A DNA stretch of 64,000 nt, taken from a virus. The position numbers were made by a program, and so were the translations under genes. Location of the stretch: positions 1 to 64,000 of the IMG/VR virus record IMGVR_UViG_3300046328_000321. The stretch is one strand, 5' to 3'. Shown piece by piece: positions 51,542 through 62,087 of this stretch (positions within the stretch are counted from its first letter, which is position 1; the number at the start of each line of letters is the position of its first letter). The notes below the pieces were generated by a model. That model searched no databases. It worked only from the letters and a program-made list of their open reading frames with translations, and was not told the origin of the DNA.

Positions 51542-52126
51542 TTATGTATAAGTAAATGAAGTATCCTGACCTTCATGTAACTGGACTATTAACCCAGTAG
51601 CATCTGTACCAGCACTTACAACATCGATGGATATAATATCATCATCGTTTATAACAATACCGTTAGAAGGTAATGAATTGTTAAAATTTACAACAGCTGT
51701 TAGACTTGAGGTTTCATTAGCGTCAATAGACAGTAATGTACTTCCAGCTATATTAACACCATTCAAATTTACTTGTATGGTTACAAGTCCCATATTTGAA
51801 GGTATAAAAACACTGGCTCTTACATGTTTTAACAAGAAAGTTCGTGGAGATCTTAAATAAGCTACATTAACGCCTGCGGTTATAAACGTAGTAGTGTCTT
51901 TATACGCTAAAGCTAAAACTAGAGGATTAAAGATAGGTGAGTATTTTTTAACTGTGTCAGATCGAAGTCGTTCACTTGAAATATCAAGTAATGCTGTCGC
52001 ATTAACATCTGAGATATATGCATCTGTTTTATACTCATTACCGGTTTTAACATAGTAAAGAGTGGAAGCCTGTATGGCTGAAAGTAACGGTTTAGTCAAA
52101 ACCTTAGCTATACTAAGAATGTTCAT
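51542..52126 (-). CDS. Putative virion/tail-fibre-associated protein
   Basis: Beta-rich C-terminus (DDDIISIDVVSAGTDATGL); terminator at 51498-51533. Confidence 0.55.
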   Translation of the reverse strand: MNILSIAKVLTKPLLSAIQASTLYYVKTGNEYKTDAYISDVNATALLDISSERLRSDTVKKYSPIFNPLVLALAYKDTTTFITAGVNVAYLRSPRTFLLKHVRASVFIPSNMGLVTIQVNLNGVNIAGSTLLSIDANETSSLTAVVNFNNSLPSNGIVINDDDIISIDVVSAGTDATGLIVQLHEGQDTSFTYT

Positions 52127-52138
52127 ATTGTTCCTTTT

Positions 52139-55100
52139 TTATTTATTCCAAACTCTAGTACAGTTTATCTCAACAGTTTTACCTTCATCAGTGGGATGAA
52201 AAGTTAAAGTTAGAGAATCTGTATCTAAAGATATTTCACCTGGAGATGGTAAGGCACCAGATATGATTACAGGGACCGTGTTATTATTAAGTTTGCCAGA
52301 AATAGCTGTATCTATAACCACTTCTTTACAGTTCATATCGAAAGATTCGGTACCCTGTAATTCATTTCCTAACTTAATGGCATTATCACTACCATTTGAA
52401 ACTATGGTTGTAACACCACAGAACTTATCAGATACCACATGGTCATTGGTACCATCGTATCCCAAACCAAACATAACATCAAGTCTACTATCTGCTTGCC
52501 TTATTGCTGAAACGACTATTGTATAAACAGTGTTACCATTTTTAGTAATAAATATTGTTGTACCAATGCGTTTTATACCGACATTATCCGAACTTGAAAC
52601 AGAGAACGATGAAATACCGGCAACAGCTCCATTTTTATTTGAGCTATCTCTAATGCTATAATGTAAGACGTCACTTGTACATATGTTAACAGTAGAAGAT
52701 GTGCTGAATAGTAAATAAATAAGTGGTCTATCACCACGCTTATGTTTACCCACACCTACAAAAGTAAATCTATTTAAAATATTTGACATATCTGCACATG
52801 ACACAGTCAACTCAAAATCACCCGTGACTTGTTTATCACCTACAGCAAATTGACCTACATTGTTACCAGGAAAAGTAACTCTATTGGATCCATCTAAATA
52901 AACATCTTTAGATTTAAATACAGAGTGCGCACTCACGATACCAGTGGGTAAATTGGATAATGCAGGTACTGTATTGCTTGTAAGTACAGGTACACCAGTT
53001 TCTGTTCTTGTAAAGAATGTAGGTACTTTGATACTCAGCCTTGTAGCGTTATCTTTTAAAACACCTTCAGCTAAACCAAATTTATAATAATTACCAGAAA
53101 TAAAAGATGTACCAGAAACACCGTTGGTAAAAGCTATGTTAATGCCGTATGCTAAGGGTTCAGGAGTCGACGATGTTAATTTAGAACCACTGTGATCGAG
53201 TTCCCAATTAGTCCCATTCCAACCATAATTCTTAGTACATATCCATCTAGAAGCACCACCGTGTGGGGTGTTGTTTAACCCAGCTGTAATAACACCAGCT
53301 CTGAAAGAGTACTTATCAATATTCAGATGTGCTATGAACATAGTGAATAAAACACCATCACTCAGCATAAATGACATTTGGCAATCGTAATTTGAAGAAT
53401 CAGAGACAATGTTACTACGTAACGTAGCATAGCTACCAGACGAATTATCGATCGATCTTAATATCGACATTACAGGGTAACCATAACCATTGTTACCACG
53501 TATCACTGTGTTGATAGTACCATCTAAATTAATAAGGTTATAACCTTCATTATTTTCAACTGTAAATCTATACCAAACACCATTATTTTTTACAAAATTG
53601 TAAGTTGATATAGACTTGTCACTTGAACTTGGGTAATTTGTTTTATTTACAGGTGATGTTGTTTGTCCAAATGTCATATAACTAACATGATTGTACAACC
53701 AATGTCCTTGTAAACCGTATATTTGACCTTTATTTCTTTTACAATCCTGATAATAACTGGTTACATAGTTAGATGTTTCAACAACGGTTGTATCTACCGA
53801 CCACCAGAATCCCAGTTTGGTACTAGATTCTGTCTTATAAACACAAAGCATCTGATCTGCACTAGATTCGAAGTCAACAACTAGATAGTTGATATATGTA
53901 TAATCAACAGGTATGAAAGGATTAGTCGTTGTGGAATCATAAAGGGTCCAACTTGTACCATCAAACGAAGCTAACGCGTCTAAACCAACTGCCCATATTT
54001 TATTATCATAACCAATGGCAACACCATTACAAGAACTAAAATTAGCATTTCTGTAACCTGTTACTGTGACTTGCTGCGCGGTTAAAGAGACTCTCGGATT
54101 AACAGTCCATAATCCAGTATCCCGACAAGCTATAAACACAACATCGTTTCTAACTGCTATTTGATGTATGTTAGTAAACGAACCAGTTATTCTCCAATAT
54201 CTAGATCCAGGTATCGAATAAAGAATAATCTCATTTTTTTTCGGTAATAAAACACTAGAAGCATCGTATGGTTTAGCTGCGGATATTTGTTCAGGTCCGT
54301 AAATATCAGGACTGACAACACCCATAACACCTTTGTTATTGTGAACAACAGCATAATCTGTGTCACTTAAAAGACCCGTGATAAGTTCAGGAACCTGTTT
54401 ATTTTTAGGTATGAGATTATACCCACTAACATAATCAACACCATTACTAACCTTAATAAAAGGTTGTACGCTATATTTATAAGAAGCTGATCCTACTGGA
54501 CCACCCGTTGTAATTTCTAAAGAGATTCGTTTTGCAAAGTCTTTCCTAAAATATAGATTAGGATTATTTGTAATTTCCTCATTCTCCCAGTCTCCAGTTA
54601 ACTGTATGGATCCGGAACCATTTGCAAGTGCGTCTATATCTAAGAAGTAGTCAGAATTAGTGTTACTACTTTCAAAAGCATAACCAAATATGTTTTGTAT
54701 CTTAGATCTGTTTCTATATACGTCTGAAAAATGTGTAAAATTTTGAACACGTTCTTCTCTGGTACCAATAGAGTTAAAAATACATCCTGATCTTTGATTG
54801 AAACCTAGATTCACAGAACCATCTGCGTGTTTTAAAGAATAATTTCTTTTATTTATAACAGGAAGATTAATATTTGGAATTATGGTTTCAGTGTAACACG
54901 ATGTTGTATTAGGGTGTGATCTAGTTGTTACTCTTACTATGTCTTCAGAAGAGTTTATATTTAAAATTGGAAAACAACTATAAGAATCAAAATAACCTAA
55001 AGTATTAGAATAAAAATTGTTAACCAACAGATTTTTTATCATTGACTTGTAAATTACCCAAGGGATTCCATTTGGGACATCAGTGTAGTCAAAAATAATT

Positions 55101-55546
55101 CTATAATAAATATCGTAATATTGACTTGTAGTTTGAATGCAAGGAGTAGCTAATTCAGTCAGTGTTAATAATTTTCCACTGCTACTTTCTAACATCACAG
55201 ATTTGATGGTTCTAGATACAGTTGAAGGAGGAGCAAAACGTGCCGAATATTGAAGTATCGCTGGTGTTGATTGTGTTTCATCAATGAAAGACCAGGCGGG
55301 GACACCAAATACATCACCAGAACGAACTAAAGACTCAAATCCATTTGAATCATTTGTATGAACAGTATATGGATACAAAGTAGGTTTATAAATCGCTGTG
55401 GATAATCGGACATTTAACTGTAGATTTCCACCCTCGACAGTAAAGTTTCTAATAAATCCATCACCTATGATGTTTTTACATTCAAATTCATTTTCTACTT
55501 CACTGGTTTGAATATTTACAGCTTTGATTGTAATGATACCTTGCAT
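52139..55546 (-). CDS. Large virion structural/receptor-binding-like protein
   Basis: 1135 aa, S/T/N/G/Y-rich, propeller-like segments (IWAVG..ALASFDGTSW). Confidence 0.55.
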   Translation of the reverse strand: MQGIITIKAVNIQTSEVENEFECKNIIGDGFIRNFTVEGGNLQLNVRLSTAIYKPTLYPYTVHTNDSNGFESLVRSGDVFGVPAWSFIDETQSTPAILQYSARFAPPSTVSRTIKSVMLESSSGKLLTLTELATPCIQTTSQYYDIYYRIIFDYTDVPNGIPWVIYKSMIKNLLVNNFYSNTLGYFDSYSCFPILNINSSEDIVRVTTRSHPNTTSCYTETIIPNINLPVINKRNYSLKHADGSVNLGFNQRSGCIFNSIGTREERVQNFTHFSDVYRNRSKIQNIFGYAFESSNTNSDYFLDIDALANGSGSIQLTGDWENEEITNNPNLYFRKDFAKRISLEITTGGPVGSASYKYSVQPFIKVSNGVDYVSGYNLIPKNKQVPELITGLLSDTDYAVVHNNKGVMGVVSPDIYGPEQISAAKPYDASSVLLPKKNEIILYSIPGSRYWRITGSFTNIHQIAVRNDVVFIACRDTGLWTVNPRVSLTAQQVTVTGYRNANFSSCNGVAIGYDNKIWAVGLDALASFDGTSWTLYDSTTTNPFIPVDYTYINYLVVDFESSADQMLCVYKTESSTKLGFWWSVDTTVVETSNYVTSYYQDCKRNKGQIYGLQGHWLYNHVSYMTFGQTTSPVNKTNYPSSSDKSISTYNFVKNNGVWYRFTVENNEGYNLINLDGTINTVIRGNNGYGYPVMSILRSIDNSSGSYATLRSNIVSDSSNYDCQMSFMLSDGVLFTMFIAHLNIDKYSFRAGVITAGLNNTPHGGASRWICTKNYGWNGTNWELDHSGSKLTSSTPEPLAYGINIAFTNGVSGTSFISGNYYKFGLAEGVLKDNATRLSIKVPTFFTRTETGVPVLTSNTVPALSNLPTGIVSAHSVFKSKDVYLDGSNRVTFPGNNVGQFAVGDKQVTGDFELTVSCADMSNILNRFTFVGVGKHKRGDRPLIYLLFSTSSTVNICTSDVLHYSIRDSSNKNGAVAGISSFSVSSSDNVGIKRIGTTIFITKNGNTVYTIVVSAIRQADSRLDVMFGLGYDGTNDHVVSDKFCGVTTIVSNGSDNAIKLGNELQGTESFDMNCKEVVIDTAISGKLNNNTVPVIISGALPSPGEISLDTDSLTLTFHPTDEGKTVEINCTRVWNK

Positions 55547-55558
55547 GATTTTCCTTAT

Positions 55559-56542
55559 TTAACCCAAAGAAGAGTATTCGAAAGCTTTGACTTCTACAAC
55601 AGATTGAGATCCCAGAACATAACCGATAGATGAAAATAACATATCGTTAGCAGTATTATTGGATACAAGTTGTCGTTCAATGACTTCTAAAACATTAGAT
55701 ATTGATTCAACATATGTTAAATTTGTTACAATACCATGTTCTGAATCTGATGTATAAGTGGATTCTATGGTTCGCGTAACAGTTTCTAAAACCTCATTTA
55801 TACCAGATGTGTATTTAATAGATGTATTTACAGTAGTATCATCAGTTATACCTAAATCAGGATCTGTTATAAAATTCAGAGAGGAATAACTTTTAGCAGA
55901 CGTTTGACTTGCTTCGTAATTAGTACGTGAATAAAATTTATAACTAACATCAGTTAACAATCCGTTTAGATATAGCAATACAGATGATGCATCATTATAG
56001 AAAGTTGTACTTATAATAACATCATTACCATTTAATAGTTGGGTTAGCAATACGTCAGAACCAACCACCTTAGAGTTTGTGACAAGCACAGCACGTTGTA
56101 TGTCATTCAATGCTGCGGAACCAGGCGGTCTAAATGATGGTATTAAATCACTGAACGCATCATCTATGTACAATCCAGATTGGTGTGGCCCGTCTCTATA
56201 CCCTAAATAAGTCTTTAAAATATCAGTAGGTACTGCGCTGACTAAAATCTGTCTAGACTTAACTATACTTGTACCACGATCTAAAGTAAATTTAAATACT
56301 TTATTGTCTCGAACAGCAGGTTGTTGAAATAACACAGTCTGTTGATTTTGCGGCTCCAACCAAATAACAGGAGTTCCAGTTAACTGTTCCCAAAGAAATG
56401 TATGATTTGTTAGATCTCCTATCAGCGTTGCATTTAATGTAATGATATCATCGCAAGAAACAGTCATGACTGCATCAAGCTGTATAGAAATGTTATCGAG
56501 AACGTTTCTAAATATATGACTTTGTGGATTGACAAATGGCAT
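55559..56542 (-). CDS. Virion structural protein with PKD/Ig-like domain
   Basis: FLWEQLTGTPV motif; likely start MPFVNP after GAGGG. Confidence 0.55.
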   Translation of the reverse strand: MPFVNPQSHIFRNVLDNISIQLDAVMTVSCDDIITLNATLIGDLTNHTFLWEQLTGTPVIWLEPQNQQTVLFQQPAVRDNKVFKFTLDRGTSIVKSRQILVSAVPTDILKTYLGYRDGPHQSGLYIDDAFSDLIPSFRPPGSAALNDIQRAVLVTNSKVVGSDVLLTQLLNGNDVIISTTFYNDASSVLLYLNGLLTDVSYKFYSRTNYEASQTSAKSYSSLNFITDPDLGITDDTTVNTSIKYTSGINEVLETVTRTIESTYTSDSEHGIVTNLTYVESISNVLEVIERQLVSNNTANDMLFSSIGYVLGSQSVVEVKAFEYSSLG

Positions 56543-56884
56543 AAATCCCTCTTTATTTACTATCAAGTAATCACAAGATGATCGTAAAATCAAGACTGCT
56601 TGACATTAATAGTTTAACAGAGAATGTCGGTACCGACTTCCTGTATTTTTTTTTTTCTGTCTTTTAGAGAATATATTAATACTACATACTTTATTTGAAC
56701 TAACTTTAAAAAGGGTTCAAATGGTTAAATGATTATCAGGTTCAAATCTTACAGCCTAAAATATCGAATCTCACCAATGTGTTTCAACGTTTTTCAAAAT
56801 GGTGGATACCCAAGATTTAAATATAAACATTTTAGACAATTTATTCAACACGCTGGAATGTTGAAAAACCATAAAGAAAGTAAC

Positions 56885-57337
56885 ATGACAATAGAAATCA
56901 AATTTAAAACCCGTAGAGTTGTTAAGAAGAGGTATAAGACTTACAACCCTGTGACCTTTGCTGTTCCCAAAGAACTAAAGGATAAGATCCGTCGGGTATT
57001 TGAGTTGACGATCGCAGCGATCAAGACTAACACTGGTACTGTCACGGATTGGTACAACGTTGCCTTTCGCACCAAGCATGCTCTTGAGATAGCCAAAGTA
57101 GTCTATACAGATGAAACTGTTAAAGAATTTCAAACCATCTTTGACATGTTGGTATTGAAAGCTTCTGAACATGAATCGAATCTCAACTGGTTTCGATTCA
57201 ATGAAAACGAAGTGGCGTTGGTAGAAGACATGCATGAAGCCATGTGTGTGATGGAAGACGATGTTACCAGACGTATACAGTTAGAAACCATACACATAAC
57301 TGACAGGTACATGAAACAGTTTATAAACAAATCATGA
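56885..57337 (+). CDS. Hypothetical protein
   Basis: Likely start MTIEIK; basic N-terminus. Confidence 0.55.
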   Translation: MTIEIKFKTRRVVKKRYKTYNPVTFAVPKELKDKIRRVFELTIAAIKTNTGTVTDWYNVAFRTKHALEIAKVVYTDETVKEFQTIFDMLVLKASEHESNLNWFRFNENEVALVEDMHEAMCVMEDDVTRRIQLETIHITDRYMKQFINKS

Positions 57338-57729
57338 ATCAATTAAATTTATTTACCAAACAGACAGGTAAACCCAAAAACAATTTACTAAAACCAGTTC
57401 TATCTCCTTCTAATATTAAACCCACTGCTTCAGGTTTATTTTATACAAGTATTGATAAAACATATAGTTGGGCCAATCGAATAAGAACTAACTATTGTTT
57501 TACGATTAAGGATAAAATTTCATTTGGAAAAGTTAAAATAGTTGAGTTGATTTTAAACCAAGATATTTTATCTGCTGAAGAATATAGTAAGCTTTCTAAA
57601 TGGGAAAAAAGAAATGTAGATCATTGGTTAAATGAAGATAAAACAAAAGCCATGATTAAAACACCTATGACAGTCAGAGTTCTGACAGAAACAGAAGCTT
57701 GGTACTACTGGGTAACTAAAGATTTTTAA
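57334..57729 (+). CDS. Hypothetical protein
   Basis: ATGA overlap with the upstream gene. Confidence 0.55.
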   Translation: MNQLNLFTKQTGKPKNNLLKPVLSPSNIKPTASGLFYTSIDKTYSWANRIRTNYCFTIKDKISFGKVKIVELILNQDILSAEEYSKLSKWEKRNVDHWLNEDKTKAMIKTPMTVRVLTETEAWYYWVTKDF

Positions 57730-57783
57730 AATAAATAAACATATTTTACAAGACTGAGCCACATTTGGCTCAGTCTTGTATAT

Positions 57784-57999
57784 TTATTTTTTTACATTAT
57801 CATTCTGCTGCCATTTATCATCAATTGTGGCAAACCCTATATATGTTCCCACCACACCCATAACAAAAATATAAAAAGGACCAGCAACAGCACCTAATTG
57901 CGTATTGTTGCTATATAACAACAGCAATGGAAATCCTAAACCAGCGAGTAGTGATAACCAAGCCATTCGTCTTCTATTTCTCCATCTGTCTTGTTGCAT
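57784..57999 (-). CDS. Small two-TM membrane protein (holin-like)
   Basis: RWRNRRRMAW followed by two hydrophobic segments; GAGG RBS. Confidence 0.55.
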   Translation of the reverse strand: MQQDRWRNRRRMAWLSLLAGLGFPLLLLYSNNTQLGAVAGPFYIFVMGVVGTYIGFATIDDKWQQNDNVKK

Positions 58000-58156
58000 A
58001 TAACCTCTTTGAAAATAATGAGTATACTTTATACTCAAAAAATTTATCATAAATTAACTGTTTGTAAATTATTTTGACCACATGTATTTTAATTGAAGTT
58101 TGGTATTTCACCAAGCATTATTAACACATAGGCTAATAACCAACTGTGTTTAAATC

Positions 58157-58528
58157 ATGGCAATTTTTTACAAGGGTGTTTTACGCTCATTGTTGAATGA
58201 TAACTTTCGTCCTGGCACTGTGACGAAAGACTTCAAAGAAGCGTTGCGGTGGGCAGAACGTATCAAAGGATCTGTTAAGAAGGGGCCTTCGCGACACATC
58301 AGTCATGGTAAGTCATGTGTCATCGAGATCATTTTTGATGAAAGAAAACTTCATCACCATGATGAGTTTCAAAAGTCAGGAGTGTCTGAACATGATCGAA
58401 AAAATTGTTGGACTTCAATAGCACATGTCAAAGCTCAGATCAACTCCAAAGTTGAATATCGAGTACTGACAGATGAAGAAGTCTGGGACATGTTTACTCT
58501 CAACACGAGTCAATCATGTTTATTTTGA
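58157..58528 (+). CDS. Hypothetical protein
   Basis: Downstream of a promoter-like motif at ~58063. Confidence 0.6.
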   Translation: MAIFYKGVLRSLLNDNFRPGTVTKDFKEALRWAERIKGSVKKGPSRHISHGKSCVIEIIFDERKLHHHDEFQKSGVSEHDRKNCWTSIAHVKAQINSKVEYRVLTDEEVWDMFTLNTSQSCLF

Positions 58529-58761
58529 TTTTCACCCGTCACAAAGATCCTAAATGGATTAACAAAATTGTGGTCTGCGATATCAGAACCCTTTTCAATC
58601 TTGCAAAAAGTCTGGACAGTTCTTCTGAAATAAAATCTTGGAACATACCAGAAATTCAGCGAAAAGGTGGAGTTAAGAAAGTTTTTGGTTGGAACGATAG
58701 GTCGGATCATTGGAAAAAATTCGACCTTAGTCTCACAGATGATGTCAGCGTAGTCTCTTAA
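58516..58761 (+). CDS. Hypothetical protein
   Basis: 81-aa ORF in operon. Confidence 0.5.
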   Translation: MFILIFTRHKDPKWINKIVVCDIRTLFNLAKSLDSSSEIKSWNIPEIQRKGGVKKVFGWNDRSDHWKKFDLSLTDDVSVVS

Positions 58762-58778
58762 AACAGAAAGGATCAATC

Positions 58779-59702
58779 ATGGAACGTTTCTATGGAAAGA
58801 AAGTGGAGATTCATTTCCACAAAAATTGTAAAGATGGTTTTACCTCAGCATATCTGTTCTACAGATATATGACAAATGTTTGCCGAGAAATCATCTTTAC
58901 ACCTGTTCAATATGACATGAGTCCTCCTATGTTGGCTGATGATGTTGATGCCTTGGTGATTGTCGATTTCAGTTATTCTGTTGAACAAACAGAAAAGTAC
59001 AGAACTGAAGTTAAGAACCTTGTCTTCATGGACCATCACCTCAAAGCAGCTAAAGACCATGGAGGTTATTGTTTTTGTGAAGTGAAGAGTGAATTTGGTC
59101 TATTCACAAAGATCATCAAAGAAGAGCGTTCAGGCGCTGGTCTCATGATGGATTTTTTGGAAGATATTGGGTTCGACATCATCGACATTCATAAAGAGGT
59201 AGCCCTCGCTGTGGAAGATCGGGATTTGTGGAATTTTAAACTTCCAAAAACAAAGTACTGGACACAAGTCTTGAACAACGTACATATGACGTTTGAGGCT
59301 TGGGATCAACTCTTAAATAACAAGGTTGCTTTGTCAGATGCATTTTCAAAGGCAGTTATTCAGGTAGAACAGTATGAGTTTATGGTGGCAGGTTATGTCA
59401 AACATTCTGTGACTGTTAATACATCTGAGGGACCTATGGCTTTGATCAATTGTGCTTCTAACTTTGCATCTTCTGTTGGTGAGACTTTGAGTAAAACCCA
59501 TGCATTTGCTTGCATGTTCATTGTTTCACCTAAGGACAAAATTGTAATTTGTTCTCTGAGAAGTGACAAAGAAACAGGTGTGGACGTGTGCGCAATCGCC
59601 GAAAAACATGGTGGTGGCGGACATCGCAATGCTGCTGGATTCTCATTCAGCTTATCTGACACCATGACTATGGCTAAGTTGATGGACGGATCTTTGTTTT
59701 AA
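58779..59702 (+). CDS. DHH/DHHA1 phosphoesterase (NrnB/oligoribonuclease-like)
   Basis: HKNCKDGF, IVDFS, MDHH, SLRS and GGGGHRNAAGF motifs. Confidence 0.9.
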   Translation: MERFYGKKVEIHFHKNCKDGFTSAYLFYRYMTNVCREIIFTPVQYDMSPPMLADDVDALVIVDFSYSVEQTEKYRTEVKNLVFMDHHLKAAKDHGGYCFCEVKSEFGLFTKIIKEERSGAGLMMDFLEDIGFDIIDIHKEVALAVEDRDLWNFKLPKTKYWTQVLNNVHMTFEAWDQLLNNKVALSDAFSKAVIQVEQYEFMVAGYVKHSVTVNTSEGPMALINCASNFASSVGETLSKTHAFACMFIVSPKDKIVICSLRSDKETGVDVCAIAEKHGGGGHRNAAGFSFSLSDTMTMAKLMDGSLF

Positions 59703-59755
59703 CAAACTGTAAAAAAGAAGAGGGTAAACCTCTTCTTTTTTATTAAAGGATTAAA

Positions 59756-60142
59756 ATGAAACTATATTTTACCACAGATTTTCTTTGTGAGTTGATAGAC
59801 CGTACTACCAAGAAAGTATTTTTCTCAGAAATAATTAGAATTAAACACATAGGTTACATTCATGAAGGTCAAAACATTGATAATTTTGATTTCACAAAAA
59901 ACATAGGAGTAACTTTAGATTTTAAGAATGTGATATTATCAGCATTAGATGACCGTAGTAAATTTGTTCCGTCTTTGAAAAACACAGTAAAAACAAAAAA
60001 TTTTTATATTGACATTTGTCAGCTGTCAAATACCACGCATACTGTTGAGACAGATGTAAAAAACGACAACAATCCATATCTGATAAAAATTGTTGACAAT
60101 TATTGCATAGTAAACATGTCTGACCTTTTTTTATCAAAGTAA
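59756..60142 (+). CDS. Hypothetical protein
   Basis: AAGGA RBS; flanked by hairpins. Confidence 0.6.
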   Translation: MKLYFTTDFLCELIDRTTKKVFFSEIIRIKHIGYIHEGQNIDNFDFTKNIGVTLDFKNVILSALDDRSKFVPSLKNTVKTKNFYIDICQLSNTTHTVETDVKNDNNPYLIKIVDNYCIVNMSDLFLSK

Positions 60143-60209
60143 CCTACATTGTGGAAATAAAAATTTCCACAATGTAGGTCAATCTTTTAGAAGGAAACAA
60201 AAGGACAAA

Positions 60210-60647
60210 ATGCATTCATTTATAATAGATAAGACATTACCAGACTTTAAAGACTGTACGTGTCTTACAACATTTTTCAATTTAATTGGTGAATATCTAT
60301 TTCTGTGTTTCAGCAATGATACAGATGATGTTTATTTGTTTGATGGAAATTTTAGAATTTTAATGGAGTTTTCATCGGGCGGTGAGGTGTACTCTATAGC
60401 TACTGACTGTAAAACAAAAATAAAACTTGGATCATTTACAGCTCCACACAGCAATAAATGGGACAGTCAGTTAGAATTCACACCAAATTCTTCATTCAGT
60501 TTAATATTAAATGTTTTTCAACAACATGCTGAAGCCTACATAGAAAGAGAAAAGAAACTTTGTAAGTTTCTAATAAATGGTAAAGATCCACAGATCTTAA
60601 AAGATTTTATAGCTGGACATTGGGATAAATTCCCTAAGAAAGGTTAG
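60210..60647 (+). CDS. Hypothetical protein
   Basis: AAGGA RBS. Confidence 0.6.
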   Translation: MHSFIIDKTLPDFKDCTCLTTFFNLIGEYLFLCFSNDTDDVYLFDGNFRILMEFSSGGEVYSIATDCKTKIKLGSFTAPHSNKWDSQLEFTPNSSFSLILNVFQQHAEAYIEREKKLCKFLINGKDPQILKDFIAGHWDKFPKKG

Positions 60648-60648
60648 T

Positions 60649-60879
60649 ATGTTCATCGTTTTCGATATTCTTTATAAAAGTAATGGTGTTGAACGAATCG
60701 AAATGGCTGTATCTTCAGCTAAAGAAGCTGTGACAACTATCTGCTTACTATATGATCATCCCAGGGTCAAGGCTTTCAAAATGAGTCAATTTAGCCCTTC
60801 TGATTTGGGTATGGGTCCGAACGAAAATTATGAAAAATATCGTAAAGATAGTTTCACACAGCAAGACTATCGAGATTAA
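60649..60879 (+). CDS. Hypothetical protein
   Basis: Coupled ORF. Confidence 0.55.
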   Translation: MFIVFDILYKSNGVERIEMAVSSAKEAVTTICLLYDHPRVKAFKMSQFSPSDLGMGPNENYEKYRKDSFTQQDYRD

Positions 60880-60891
60880 AAGAAAAATAAC

Positions 60892-61350
60892 ATGGAAAAC
60901 GTTTTGAGAATGTACAAACAGCAACTTGATGAAATCATCCGGGAAGCTGAAAGCGACGGTGTGGTTCTGACCATTGAGTTGGTCAGCAAAAAGCCATTAG
61001 CTATGGGTAATCACCGTATGGTTTCGTTTGTTCGTGAAAAACGAAAATTAGCCACAGCGAATTCTGAGATGCATAAAGCATTAGATGAATCTGTTAAACA
61101 GGCTGGTAGTGTTTTAGCCGGTGATTCTGTTAAAGAACCCCCGTTTAAAATTTCCAAGTCCTCTATCGATCTGTATAGATGTGTATATCCCAGCAACCCC
61201 GCACTTCGTTTGGGTCAAACTTTTCACCAGTATTTCAAACTGGAAAAAATCACCAATCCCGAAGCTAAGGTACTTGCCGATCGTATTTACAACGCTGACG
61301 AGGTTGAGATCAAAGATTTGATTGACTACATCACAGATTGGAGCAATTGA
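60892..61350 (+). CDS. Hypothetical protein
   Basis: 152-aa ORF; LRLGQ segment. Confidence 0.6.
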   Translation: MENVLRMYKQQLDEIIREAESDGVVLTIELVSKKPLAMGNHRMVSFVREKRKLATANSEMHKALDESVKQAGSVLAGDSVKEPPFKISKSSIDLYRCVYPSNPALRLGQTFHQYFKLEKITNPEAKVLADRIYNADEVEIKDLIDYITDWSN

Positions 61351-61586
61351 TGATTCCGAAAAGCAGGATCGCTGATGCGTGGAACAGATTCTTCAACATT
61401 CCACCCTTTAAAGACTATAAAGTCAAAGCCAGCAGTGAAGAAGAGCGTACGGCCATTTCACAAACTGTGGATCAAAAGAAACTTGCTTGCGACTACGACA
61501 AAATAGCCATGTCAGACAAGTGTACTTTCTATCTCACAGATGGTGAAGTGGTTTGCGCTACATGTGGCAAGACTATCAGAGTCTAA
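61350..61586 (+). CDS. Small protein with C-terminal CxxC zinc ribbon
   Basis: CATCGK; TGATG coupling with the upstream stop. Confidence 0.5.
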   Translation: MIPKSRIADAWNRFFNIPPFKDYKVKASSEEERTAISQTVDQKKLACDYDKIAMSDKCTFYLTDGEVVCATCGKTIRV

Positions 61587-61637
61587 AGAAGAACAGGCCG
61601 AAGCCTGTTCTTCTTTTTCATTTAAATAAGGTAACAC

Positions 61638-61964
61638 ATGCATACGTATGAAGAATTGATGGCCTGTGACAAGTTCACTTTGGTTGAATACATCAAAGAT
61701 CTGGAAACAGAACTTGAAGGATTAAGCACCAGAATAGGTCCTCTTATCATGTCAAAAGAATCTTACGATAGAGTAGAGGTGGTGTTCCCTGACAATGTTT
61801 ACAAACCTTTTGAAGAAATCATAGGTAAAGCTGTTTGGGAAATGCAAAATTTGTTACAACTGCGTGAAGCAGCAGCTGTGTCAGGAGCCATGCGTTGGTC
61901 TTGGTCCCAAGAAGCTGGTATTGTTTCCGATAATCCATCAGTTAAAAAGTTTCGTTATGTCTAA
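61638..61964 (+). CDS. Hypothetical protein
   Basis: AAGGT RBS, after a terminator at 61585-61618. Confidence 0.6.
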   Translation: MHTYEELMACDKFTLVEYIKDLETELEGLSTRIGPLIMSKESYDRVEVVFPDNVYKPFEEIIGKAVWEMQNLLQLREAAAVSGAMRWSWSQEAGIVSDNPSVKKFRYV

Positions 61965-62087
61965 ATGAGAGAGATCTATTTTACTTATTCAGAAGTTCAA
62001 CATGGAATTTCATAAGGTCCGTGAAGTCAAATAAGGTAAATTTTATATATCTGAACAAGAATCCAGACTGACATCTTTAAGAAGAAG

